64,000 nt of DNA from Convolutriloba macropyga (taxonomy: Eukaryota): NCBI RefSeq assembly GCF_964194025.1, contig NC_134471.1, forward strand, positions 77,314,001 through 77,378,000, read 5' to 3'. The notes beneath the pieces were generated by a model that ran no database searches, was not told where the DNA came from, and saw nothing but the letters and a program-made list of their open reading frames with translations. Below, in pieces: positions 49,901-62,690 of this stretch. Positions within the stretch are counted from its first letter, which is position 1; each line of letters begins with the position of its first letter. The position numbers were made by a program, and so were the translations under genes.

Positions 49901-50235
49901 CACATTGTCTCTAGAGTCCAAAACATCAGTAAAATTAACAACCACTCTGTTCAAAAAAAGGGCCATACTACAATATTTTTGAGGGAATTTTGTTCAGAAG
50001 GCTTAGTTAGTAACAGAAAGCTCATTCAGTTCCACAAAAATAAGCTACCTTTCTTCTTAATATATTTTTTTTAAATTTGATGATATTATAATTTTTTGTA
50101 TCGTGGAATTGGAAACAGTTGGTTATGAGGGCTGCAATAGACATCCAAAGCCAGCTTACATGGCCTCATAGCTCTAAAAGTGTGACTTTTGTCAATTTGT
50201 TTCTATGGTCTTTGATATGGTTGCCAAGAACTCCG
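46975..50235 (+). repeat. ~710-bp tandem repeat, ~4.6 diverged copies
   Basis: AGCAGAA.GC.TATGTT.ACTTCAACACCAT-like starts at ~46980, 47675, 48390, 49090 and 49805; shared GTGATAAAATGTGCTATAAATGCTGCAATA and GATCGTTTGGATG. Confidence 0.9.
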
Positions 50236-51810
50236 TAGAAAAGACAGTTGAAAAAATAGCATTTTTCTTATGCTCCTATACAGCACTTTAAGGCTACAGT
50301 TATAAAAATAACTGAAAAAAACTGAACAATTTTGTTTTGATCAAACTTTTTTAAGAAAAACACTTGTTTTTGATAAACTGTCCCGGTTTTTGATTTTTTT
50401 CATAGTTGTTGAGTTATATTTGACTGCTAATCGTCTTTAATGAGACGTTTTGGACAGTCTGAAACTGAGGAACCAACTGTGTTCCCAAATTCCAAAATTT
50501 TCAGTTTTCAATGTTTTTTTGGTTCTAGATATAGTCCTAATTTTTCGAACGAACTTGCAAAAATAACACAGCCTTTATGGCGAAGTGGGAATTTGTTCCC
50601 ACCTCGTAATAAAGGGAAGGAGCAGTCAATATGTCCATTGTTGACTTGCAGGACGCCCAGAAACAGGTTTCTAGTGGTTTTTCACGGTTGTTTTTTTTGC
50701 AATTTCTCCAAAAATGGGTGTCGTGACATAGCCCAAAATCAGAGGTACACTTTGCATATTCAGTAATTTCTTTTAAAGTACTATATCAAATCAAGCGGGC
50801 ATAGTCGCATTTTCTTGGTACGGAACCCTTCTTGCATGCGTGTATTGGTTATCCCCGAAAACGGCTCGGCTAAAAAGTTAATTTGGTGTAACTTTGCTAA
50901 AACTGCGATTTTTAGTACGTTTTGGGTCATCCAAATTTCGGTACCACGAAAGAGTGGATTTAAGGTACAGATTATAGTGTTTTAGAATCCTCAGATAGTG
51001 GGGAGTGATTCCCTGTACAAATCATAGGGTGTTTTATGGAGTCAAATATAAGGGTGTTTTAAGATCAAATTTAGCTCTGCAGCTCCTTTCTTCTTCCATT
51101 TTTGGATCCTGGTACGACGCCTTGTTTTTGAAATATCTCCTCGTAGAGTGCACCGATTTTGGATTTTTTGCATAGTTGAACGTTTCNNNNNNNNNNNNNN
51201 NNNNNNNNNNNNNNNNNNNNNNNNNNNNNNNNNNNNNNNNNNNNNNNNNNNNNNNNNNNNNNNNNNNNNNNNNNNNNNNNNNNNNNNNNNNNNNNNNNNN
51301 NNNNNNNNNNNNNNNNNNNNNNNNNNNNNNNNNNNNNNNNNNNNNNNNNNNNNNNNNNNNNNNNNNNNNNNNNNNNNNNNCCAGTTTTGAAATATTGACC
51401 GGTACAGGGACAGGGAGTTTTGGCCATATTGGAGAGAAGACCCACCTGCCGAGTCGATAAAAACTTGGTCGAAAACGTTGTAGAAGTTTAAAATATGGCT
51501 GGGTTGATCCACTGTGACATGGCAAAAAATGTCACAAAATTTGGTTTTTATAACCGAACTCCTTGGTTATGAGTTTGATGATTTCAGGTGGGAAGACTTG
51601 TGCTTCTGAAGCATATGGTACAGTACCTATATTCCTTAACATCTCCCGATGGAGCAGCTCAATCGAGATTTCATTTCAATAGTCTGACAGCATTTGTGAT
51701 GAGCTTTCTGACAGTATATTATACGTTTCATATGATGCTTTCACCTTCGTGATATTGACCATTGCAGATCAGGTCATTTTGGCCCAGGAAGACCACCTCT
51801 TCACACGGCT

Positions 51811-54800
51811 TTGGGTCAGATCTTGGCCCAAGACGGCCAATCACCCCAAAATTGGCCCTGTTATGTCTGTTATAAAGCCCTATTACTTATAACAACCGGA
51901 AATGTGGTTAAATATTTCCGAACCACATATTTAGTTATATTTACTACTAATAACCTAGTAATCCCGTCCCATAGGCGGTTTTGCCGCAAAGGTGCTCCCC
52001 GTTGAAAAGCTGGTTGAACAGCTCTCCCCCCTATTGCACCCTGTTTTTCCCATAGGATCGCTAGGAACAATCTGTGCTGCGCACAGACCTTTGCGAGCCT
52101 TCTTGTATGTCTTTTGGTTGTGTTAAAATGACGTACTGCTCATATGTATATCGATACCTCATTTAAGGTAGTTATAAATTTGTCAACCTTTCTGAGAGGA
52201 TATAAAATTCCTCGCAAGGGTGACAGAGTTGTGTACTATCGGTCTCAATCTATTGAGATAATCGATCACCATTGGTCGAAAGGTCAGTTTTAAAGTATAC
52301 TTTGATGCATGTATGCATGTACGCAGAAATGCTGCCGAGTAATAGCGCGGGAGACCCCTACATTTTGTCGGTAGCATTAATTGACTTTTTCTTAATCATG
52401 CAGACATCTAAGAACATTGAATCTTGGTTCTATGGATTCCTAAAGGTTTTTAATTGCTCTCAAACGAACTTTTAACAATTATGTTAGCGCTGTGGTCTCT
52501 TTTTATGCGATTTATGGGTCGTTTGATCCCTTTCTTCCTCTGACCGATTTGATCCATTGACTCATTCTTATGTTCATTATTCCCTAAGTGAACCTATAGT
52601 ATAAGCTGGGTGCGAGTAGAGTGCCTGCATCAAATTTTTATTGCTAGCATTTTTGAAAGTTATTCTTGATTTTAGCTTTTTTTTCGTTTTCTCGAAAGAA
52701 GCATTCTTTATTTGGACAAAAGTCTCTATTTTTTGTTGCTAAAATGGAAATAGGAATTTTCTTCTGTTTAGGGCTGCTAACTTGAGCTTACAGTGCTAGT
52801 CAAGCGGACTTGTTGCCATCAAGCATCTTGTAAGTGTCTGAACTTGAAAACAGTTTTCAAAACGCTTAATGCTTCCTTTTATTAGAAAGTTTCGTTCTCA
52901 TTTTCTGTGCAAAAAAAGTATTTGAAGTCAATGGGCTTCTAACCCTGGTTTTCTAGGCTGGAAGGGCGTAGAATGCACACATCAATTTTTTATTGCAAGT
53001 GTTTTGAAAATTTCAATTGATCTTAGCCTCTTTTTTTTGCGTTTTCTGGAAAAAAGCATTTTTATTTTGAACAAAACACTCTATTTTGCGTTGCTTAAAA
53101 AGGAAGTGGGAATTTTCTTCTGTTTACGGCTCATAAATGGAGCTTAAAGTGTTAGCCACGCAAACTTTTTGTCATCAAGCATCTTTTAAGTGGCTGGACT
53201 TGAAAACATTTTTCAAAACGCTTAATGCTTCTTTTTCTTAAAGAAAATTTGGTCCTCCATTTTCGTTCAAAATATCATTTGAAGGCAATTGCCTTATAAC
53301 TCTGTTTCAAGAGTCTAAATACAAGCACTCATAAAGTTTTTATTGTTGGATTTTTTGAAGGTTTTGCTCGATTTTGGCTTTTCTCTTCGTTTTATCGAAA
53401 AAAGCATTCTTTTTTGTACATAAATTTCGTTTTTGCGTTGTTTAAAACGTAAATAGCATGTTTCTTCCTATTGGGGCGCCTAAATACAGCCTATAGTGCC
53501 AGCCAAGTGACCAGTTTGGGATGAATCATCTTGTACATGACTGGGCTTGAAAACTTTTTTCAAAACGCTTCATGCTTCTTTTTTTGAGGAAAAATTGGTT
53601 CTCCCTTTTCGTTCAAAATTTCATTTGAAGGCAATGGGCTAGTACTTCTGTTTTTTCGGGCCAATAACAAGTAGAATAAATGCATCAAATTTTTATTGCG
53701 GGTAGTTTTGAAAGTTTTGGTTTATTTTAGCTTTTTTTCGTTTTCCCGTAAGAAGCATTCATTATTTGGACAAAATTTCTTTTATTTTATTGCTAAAAAC
53801 CTGAATAGGTTTTTTTCTTCTGTTTACGGCTCCTAAATTGAGCTTACAGTTCTAGCGGAGTAAACATTTTGGTATTGAACATCTTGTAAGTGCCTGGACT
53901 TGATAACTTTTTTTTTCAAAACCTTAATGCTTCTTGAAAATATGGACCTCCTTTTTTGTTACAAAAAAAACCATTTGAAAGCGATGGGCTTGCAAACCTG
54001 TTTTGCTAGGCCAAATACAAGTAGAATGCAAGCATTAAGTTTTTATAGCGGGTAGTTTTGAAAGTTTTGGTTTATTTTAGCTTTTTTTCGTTTTCTCGAA
54101 AGAAGCATTTTTTAATTGTGCAAAATTTCTTATATTTTGTTGTTAAAAAAACCTAAATAGGGTTTTTTCTTCTGTTTAGGGCTCCTAAATTGAGCTTACA
54201 GTTTTCTAGAAAGAAGGATTCTTTATTTGGACAAAAATTTCAATTTTTCATTGCTAAATATAGAAATAGGAATTTTTGTCTGTTTAGGGTTCTTAAATTG
54301 AGCCCAAAGTGCTAGCCGAGCAACGTTTTGGTCATGAAGTATCTCGTAAAAGGCTGGACTTCAAAACGTTTTTCAAAACGCCTAATGCTTCCTTATGAAA
54401 TTATTGCTGCCTAATGAAAATTTTGTCCTGCTTTTTTGTTGTAAATATCATTTGAAGGCGATGGACTTGTAAACCTGTTTTGCTAGGCTAAATACAGTAG
54501 AATGCAAGCATAAAGTTTTTATAGCGGGTAGTTTTGAAAGTTTTGGTTTATTTTAGCTTTTTATCGTTTTCTTGAAAGAAGCATTTTTTAATTGTGCAAA
54601 ATTTCTTATATTTTGTTGTTAAAAACCAAAATAGGGTTTTTTCTTCTGTTTAGGGCTCCTAAATTGAGCTTACAGTTCTAGCGGAGTGAACTTTTTGGTA
54701 TTGAACATCTTGTAAGTGCCTGGACTTGAAAGCTTTTTTTCAAAACGCTTAATGCTTTTTGTTTCTGAAGAAAATTTGGTCATCCTTTTTTGTTCAAAAA

Positions 54801-57800
54801 TCATTTGAAGGCGATGGGCTTGTAAACCTGTTTTACAAGCCCAAATTCAAGTAGAATGCACGCATCAAAGTTTTAGTGCAGGATATATTTGAAAATTTTG
54901 CTTGTTTTCGGCTTTTTTCCGTTTTCTGGAAAGAAGAATTCTTTATTTGGACAAAAATCTCTATTTTTTGTTGCTTAAAATGGAGATAGGATTTTTCTTC
55001 TGTTTAGCGTTCTTAAATTGAGCTTACAGTGCTAGCCAAGCAACGTTTTGGTCATAAAAAATCTTGTAAAAGGCTGGACTTCAAAACTTTTTTCAAAACG
55101 CCTAATCCTTCTTTTTTTAATGAAAATTTGGTCCTGCCTTTTTGTTCAAAATATTAGAAGGCGATGGTCTTGTAAACATGTTTTGCTAGACCAAATACAA
55201 GTAGAATGCACGCATCAAATTTTTATATCGGGTAGCTTTGAAAGTTATGGTTTATTTTAGCTTTTTTTTTCGTTTTCTCGAAAGAAGCATTTTTTAATTG
55301 TGCAAAATTTCTTAAATTTTGTTGTTAAAAAAACCTAAATAGGGTTTTTTCTTCTGTTTAGGGCTCATAAATTGAGCTTACAGTTCTAGCGGAGTGAACT
55401 TTTTGGTATTGAACATCTTGTAAGTGCCTGGACTTGAAAGGTTTTTTTCAAAACGCTTAATGCTTTTTGTTTCTGAAAAAAATTTGGTCCTCCCTTTTTG
55501 TTCAAAAAATCATTTGAAGGCGATGGGCTTGTATTCCTGTTTTGCTAGGCCAAATACAAGTAGAATGCACGCATCAAAGTTTTATTGCGGGTATTTTTTG
55601 AAAATTTTGCTTGTTTTTAGTTTTTTTCCGTTTTCTGGAAAGAAGCAATCTTTATTTGGACAAAAATCTCTATTATTCGTTGCCTAAAATGGAAATAGAA
55701 TTTTTCTTCTGTTTAGGGTCTTAAATTGAGCTTACAGTGCTAGCCAAGCAACGTTTTGGTTATGAAGTATCTTGTAAAAGGCTGGACTTCAAAACATTTC
55801 TCAAAACGCCTAATCCTTCTTTTCTTTAATGAAAACTTTGCCCTGCCTTTTTGTTCAAAACATCATCTGAAGACGATGGGCTTGTAAACATGTTTTGCTA
55901 GGCAGAGTACAAGTAGAATGTACGCATCAGATTTTTAGTGCGGGTAGTTTTGAAAATTTTACTTCTTTTTGGACTTCTTTTTCGTTTTCTCGAAAGAAGC
56001 TTTCTTTATTTGGACAAAAATCCCTATTTTTCGTTGCTAAAAACGAAAATAGGACTTTTCTTCTGTTTAGGCTCCTAAATTGAGCTTACAGTGATAGCCA
56101 AGGAACGTTTTGGGAATGATGCATCTTTCAAGTGGCTAGACTTCGAAACCTTTTTTAATGAAAGCTTCGAAAGCTTTTTTTAATGAAAATTTGGTTCTCC
56201 CTTTTTCGTTCAAAAAATCATTTGGAGGCAATGGACCTTCAGCCCTGTTTTCTAGGCTAGAAACAAGTAAAATACACGCATCAAATTTTTTTGCTGGTAC
56301 TTTTGAAAGTTTTGCTTGATTTAAGCTTTCTTTCTCGTTTTCTCGGAAGAAGCATTCTTGAGTTGGACAAAATTGGGTCAGATCTTGGCTCCGGATGGGC
56401 CAATCACCCCAAAAATGGCTCTGTTATGTCTGTTATAATGTCCTATTACTTATAACAACCGGAAATGTGGTTAAATATTTCCGAACCACATATTTAGTTA
56501 TATTTACAACTAATAACCTAGTAATCCCGTCCCATAGGCGGTTCTGCCGGAAAAGTGCGCCCCGTTGAGACGCTGGTTGGTCAGCCCCCCCCCCCATTGC
56601 ACCTTGTCTTTCCCATAGGATCGCTAGGAACAATCTGTGCTGCGCACAGACTTTTACGAGCGTTCTTTTATGTCTTTTGGTTGTGTTAAAATGACGTACT
56701 GCTCAATTGTACACCAATACCTCATTTCAAGTAGTTATAAAAATGTCAACCTTCCTGAGAGGTTATAAAATTCTTCACAAGAGTGACAGAGTAGTGTACT
56801 ATCGGTCTCAATCTATTGAGATAATCGATCACCCAGTGGTTGGAAAGGTCAGTTTTAAAGTATACTTTGATGCATGTATGCATGTACGCAGAAAGTCTGC
56901 CGAGTAATAGCGCGGGAGACCCCTGCATTTTCTCGGTAGCATTAATGGACTTTTTCTTAATCATGCAGACATCTAAGAACATGTAATCTTGGTTTTATGG
57001 ATTCCTAAAGGTTTTTAATTGCTCTCAAACGAACTTTGTAACAATTATCTTAGCGCTGTGGTCTCTTTTTATGGGGTTTAATGGGTCGTTTGATCACTTT
57101 TTTCCTCTGACCGATTCAACCCATTGACCCATTTTTTTGTTCATTGTTCCCTAAGTGAGCCTATAGTATAAGCTGGGTGCGAGTAGAGTGCATGCATCAA
57201 ATTTTTATTGCGAGCATTTTTGAAAGTTATTCTTGATTTTAGCTTATTTTTCGTTTTCTCGAAAGAAACCTTATTTATTTGGACAAAACTCTCTATTTTT
57301 CGTTGCTAAAATGGAAATAGGAATTTTCTTATGTTTAGGGCTCCTAACTTGAACTTACAGTGCTAGTCATGCGGACTTGTTGCCATCAAGCATCTTGTAA
57401 TTGACTGAATTTGAAAACATTTTTCAAAGCGCTTAATGCTTCTTTTTTTAGAAAGTTTCGTTCTCATTTTTTGTGCAAAAAATTATTTGAAGTCAATCGG
57501 CTTCTAACGCTGGTTTTCTAGGCTGGATACGCGTAGAATGCACACAACAATTTTTTATTGCAAGTGTTTTGAAAATTTCAATTGATCGTAGCCTTTATTT
57601 GCGTTTTCTGGAAAGAAGCTTTCTTTATTTGGACAAAACTCTCTATTTTTCGTTGCTTAAAAGGGAAATGGGAATTTTTCCTGTTTAGGGCTCCTAAATT
57701 GAGCTTACAGTGCTAGCCTAGCGAACTTTTTGTCATCAAGCATCTTTTGAGTGGCTGGACTTGAAAACTTTTTTCAAAACGCTTAACGCTTATTTTTTTA

Positions 57801-60480
57801 AAAAGTTTCGTTCTCATTTTTTGTCCAAAAATTATTTGAAGTCAACGGGCTTATAACCCTGGTTTTCTAGGCTGGATACGCGTTGAATGCACCCATCAAA
57901 AAGAAAAATTGGTCCTCCTTTTTCGTTCAAAATTTAATTTAAAGGCAATGAGCTTGTACCCCAGTTTTTTTGGGCCAATAACAAGTAGAATACACGCATC
58001 AATTTTTTATTGCGGGTAATTTTGAAAGTTTTGGTTTGTTTTAGCTTTTTTTCGTTTTCTCGAAAGAAGCATTCTTTATTTGGACAAATTTTTTTTGACT
58101 TTTTATTGCTAAAATTGCAAACAGGATTTTTTCTTCTATTTAGGGCTCCTAAATTGAGCTTAAAGTTGTAGCGGAGTAAACATTTTGGTATTGAACATCT
58201 TGTAAGTGCCTGGACTTGAAAACTTTTTTCAAAACGCTTAATGCTTCCTTTTTTGAAGAAAATTTGGTCATCCCTTTTTGTTCAAAAAATCATTTGGAGG
58301 CGATGGGCTTGTAAACCTGTTTTGCTAGGCCAAATACACGTAGAATGCACGCATCAAAGTTTTAGTGCGGGTATTTTTTGAAAATTTTGCTTGTTTTTAG
58401 CTTTTTTCCGTTTTCTGGAAAGAAGCTTTCTTTATTTGGACAAAAATCCCTATTTTTCGTTGCTAAAAACGAAAATAGGACTTTTCTTCTGTTTAGGGTT
58501 CCTAAATTGAGCTTACAGTGCGAGCCAAGCAACGTTTTGGTCATGAAGTATCTTGTACAAGGCTGGACTTCAAAACATTTTTCAAAACGCCTAATGCTTC
58601 TTTTTTTAATAAAAATTTGGTCCTGCCTTTTTGTTTGAAAAATAACTTGAAGGCGATGGGCTTGTAAACCTGTTTTGCTAGTCCAAATACACGTAGAATG
58701 CACGCATCAAAGTTTTAGTGCCGGTATATTTTGAAAATTTTGCTTAATTTTAGCCTTTTTTCCGTTTTCTGGAAAGAAGCATTCTTTATTCGGACAAAAT
58801 TCTCTATTTTTCGTTGCTTAAAAAGGAAATAGCCTTTTTCTTCTGTTTAGGGTTCTCAAATTGAGCTTACAGTGTTAGCGAAACAACCTTTTGGTCATGA
58901 AGTATCTTGTAAAAGGCTGGACTTCAAAACATTTTTCAAAACGCTAGTGCTTCTTTTTTTAATGAAAATTTGGTCCTCCTTTTTTCGATCAAAAAATCAT
59001 TTGAAGGCAAAGGGCTTGCAACCCTGTTTTTTAGGCTAGAAACAAGCAGAATACACGCATTAAATTTTTTTGCGGTTAATTTTGAAAGTTTTGCTTGATT
59101 TAAGCTTTCTTTTTCGTTTTCTCGGAAGAAGCATTCTTGTGTTGGACATTTTTTTTTATATTGTTGACATAAGACTAAATAGGATTTTTTTTCTGTATTG
59201 GGCTCCTAAATTGAGCTCACAGCGCTAGCCAAACAAAGTTATGATGTTAAGCATCTTGTCACTGGCTGGAGTTGAAAACATTTTTTCAAAACGCTTAATG
59301 CTTCTTTTTTTAAAGAAAATTTGGTCGTTCTTTTTCGTTCAAAAAGTCATTTGAAGTCAATGGCTCGTAACCCTGTCTTTTCAGGCTGAATGGACATGAA
59401 TTGCACTCATCAAATTTCTGTTGCAAGTTTCTTTGAAAATTTTGCTTGTTTTTAGCTTTTTTCTTCGTTTTCTCGAAAGAAGCGTTCTTTATTGTACAAA
59501 ATTCGACTTTCTTTCGCTGCGAAAAACTTAAATGGGAAGTTTCTTCCTATTGGGGCTCCTAAATAGAACTTAAAATGCTGGTCAAGTGGCAATTTTGATA
59601 TGAATGTTTTTGTAAGTGGCTGGACTTGAAAACATTTTTCAAAACGCTTAACGCTTTCCTCTTTTAGAATGTTTTGTTCTCATTTTTTGTTCAAAGAAAT
59701 AGTTGAAGTCAATTGGTTTGTAACTCTGTTTTTCTAGACTGAATACGCGTAGAATGCACGCATCAAATTTTTCTGGCGAGTGTTCTTGAGATTTTCACTT
59801 GATTTTAGCCTTTTCTTTCGTTTTCTTGAAAGAAGCATTCTCTATTTGGACAAAACTCTCTATATTTCGTTGCTTAAAAGGCAAATAGGAATTTTCTTAT
59901 GTTTAAGGCTAAAAAATTGAGCTTACAGTGCTAGCCAAGCTAACTTTTTGTCATCCAAAATCTTTTAAGTGGCTGGACTTGAAAACATTTTTCAAAACGC
60001 TTAATGCCTCTTTTTTCAAAGAAAATTTGGTCCTCGCTTTTCGTTCAAAAATCATTTGAAGTCAATGGGCTCGTAACCCTCTATTTCTAGGCTTAAAAGG
60101 TGTGAACTGCGCTCATCAAATTTTTGTTGCGAGTTTTATTTGAAATTTTTCTTTTTTATTAGCTTTTTTCGTCGTTTTCTCAAAAGAAGCATTCTTCAGT
60201 TGTACAAAATTCTTTATAATTTGTTGCTAAAACCTAAATAGGATTTTTCTTCTATTTAGGGATCCTAAATTGAGCTTACAGTGTTAGCAAAGTGAAGCTT
60301 TTGGTAGTAAACATCTTTTAAGTGGCTGGATTTGAAAACTTTATTCAAAACGCTTCATGCTTCTTTTTTTAAAGAAAATATGGTCTTCCCTTTTCGTTCA
60401 AAAAATCATGTGAATGCAATGGGTTTGAAACTTTGTTTTGCTAGGCCAAATAGAGCAGAATGCACGCGTAAATTCTGTTT
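51811..60480 (+). repeat. Compound repeat: ~800-bp head plus ~350-bp satellite array, duplicated with a ~4.56-kb period
   Basis: Head TTGGGTCAGATCTTGGC...ATAAGCTGGGTGCGAGTAGA at 51811 and ~56373 (ORFs 51870/56433 offset 4563). Each head is followed by ~11 monomers marked by TAGAATGCACGCATCAAA, CCTAAATTGAGCTTACAG and TTTTCAAAACGCTTAATGC. Residual monomer at ~61205-61420. Confidence 0.9.
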
Positions 60481-60512
60481 TACTTTGTTTTTTTATCGAC
60501 TGTTTTGTTATA

Positions 60513-62040
60513 GGAGAACGTGCCGCCGAATCCATCGGGGAAATCGAGGAAACGAGGGTTTGAAAACCCTTTTCCAAAATCCCGTTTCCTTTCAGTTCTC
60601 AAATTTCGAGCCCACGTTAAAAGGCCCAAGAGGACCAGCGAAAATGGAACTTAAGGGTCTTTACCCGAAAGTTTCAACTGTGTGCTTCCTCAATTCAAGG
60701 GCAAAAGAAGAGAGAAACGGGAAGCTGAAAGGGTGGCTAAAGTTTGCAAATCACAAAGACTGCCGCTAAACCTATGAGGAGATATTAAAGAACCCGAAAA
60801 GTGGCATTGTTGTCGAGAAACGAGGTGGCGAGCAAGACGCTCCACTGTTTTTGTCCTTGCAGGTTGAAAAACAGAAAATAATGCGAAAGAAACAAATATT
60901 GAAAAAGACCTGAAATTTGATGAATGCATTAAACCTTTGTGAAATGTTCGTTTTATATTTCACTGAGCTTGATATTTTACCGCTCTCAGTCTTCTATGTT
61001 CATTGTTATGGTTTGAGAGTCCCATTAGTAGGCATTGGGGTTTTCTTAGAATGACAACAAATTTTGCGGAAAACCAACTTAAAAAAAAACGCTTCAAAAA
61101 TTTTGGAAAATTTTTCTATCTCGCTTGCAAATGGTTCAATACACTTTTTAATAGACCAATCACTCATAAATTGACCCAATAGAGGTCCTGAAATAAATAT
61201 TGGGGAGTGAAGCTTCTTGTAAGTGGCTGGAATTAAAAACATTTTTCAAAACGCTTAATGCTTGTCTTTTTTAGAAAGTTCCGTTCTCATTTTCGTTTCA
61301 AAAAATTATTTGAAGTCAATGGGCTCCTAACCCTGGTTTTTTCGGTTGGATATGAGTGAAATGCGCCCATCAAATATTTGTTGCGGGTTTTTTTGACAAT
61401 TTTGTTTGTTTTTAGCTGACCAAAATTTTCTCGACCTGATAAACTACCACAACATTTCAACCACAATAAACAAATGTTTTCACGACCTGATAAACTACCA
61501 CAACATTTCATTAACAGCAACATTGTGCTCAAAGTTTGAACATGTCTCCGGTTGCAATTTTTCTGAAAGAAGAGGCCAATCCCAATTTGAGAACAATAGC
61601 ATTTGAAACTTACAAAAAAGAGAAAGTCGTTATTGTTAAACAAGAGTGGTTTTTGACGATATGCAATTATTCAGATTTGAAAAGGCGCTGATAAAAGGAG
61701 CACAGTACACGATCTATCATGTTGCCGGCTACGTAAGAGAATTTGTGTTCATTCCAGAGACGATAGATGAAAATGTTAGGAAAATTCTTTACGACTATGA
61801 TATCAAAGAGATTCCTCTATACAAAAATCAGGCGGGTTATTGGAGGGACCCAAAAATTATCGATACTTTTTGGCGGATTCCAGCCACGAAAATCCAGACA
61901 TTACAACCCGGTCAAATTCTCCACTACCAGACTCGACGCCAACCCCTACCAACCCTACAACGCCAACCCTACCTGACATTACAACTCGGTCAAATTCTCC
62001 ACTACCAGACTCGACGCCAACTCCTTGAACTCCCGAGGTA
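60513..62040 (+). pseudogene. Disrupted exon-like segments of unknown protein(s)
   Basis: GC-richer, codon-like blocks after acceptors TTATAG (~60513) and TTTTAG (~61415). First block weakly RRM-like (ELKGLYPKV...KLKGWLKF) with an internal TAA; second includes ORF 61646 and a 78-bp repeat encoding a Pro/Thr-rich tract; donor-like GAG|GTAGGG at ~62038. Confidence 0.3.
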
Positions 62041-62430
62041 GGGGAAGTTTCCATAATTGCCAGCAGCAGTCTTAAGACGCCACCGGTGAGCCTTTGCTTT
62101 GCTCCAAAGAAACGAAAACTTGGTATCAACTTCTAAAACTTAATTAAAGACATTGTTTCTTTTGTTTCTGAGATCTTCTAGTGAGAAAAAGTTTTTGATA
62201 GTATCGTTTTTTCCGTGTTGTATAGACTAATATTTAATTCCATTTTCGTCTCAACGCACATTGTTCCACTTAAAATTGAAATTTTTGCTTTCACTGCACT
62301 TTTAATTTATACTATAAACACACAGTAAACACTATACACATTCTATTGAACATGCATTATGGTGATAGAAATCAAAGTAATCTTGAGACGACGACATACT
62401 ACTTTCTTTTAAACATAAACTCAAACTTGT

Positions 62431-62690
62431 GACCACACCTTCTCTTTCACAAAAAAACAACACTTGTTCAAACATGTGCAAGACGGTAATAAAACTTAAA
62501 CTCAACTGACCAATCAGAGAGTCGGAGACGACCAAACCGAATTGCCTATGGTAATAAAAGAGACCACACCTTGTCAATGATAAAAAACAACACGTGTTCA
62601 AAAATGTGCAGGACAGTAATAAAGCTTAAGCTCGACTGACCAATCAGAGAAGCTGAGACGACCACACTGAATTGCTTATGGAAATGAAAG
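62431..62690 (+). repeat. 131-bp tandem duplication containing CCAAT boxes
   Basis: GACCACACCT...ACTGACCAATCAGAGA...GAGACGACCA at 62431 and 62562; a third AACCAATCAC at ~62738. Confidence 0.8.

Noticed and set aside
44956-51525. ORFs spanning the ~200-N gaps at ~45073-45272 and ~51187-51380
   Set aside because: Open only because N codons are untranslatable.
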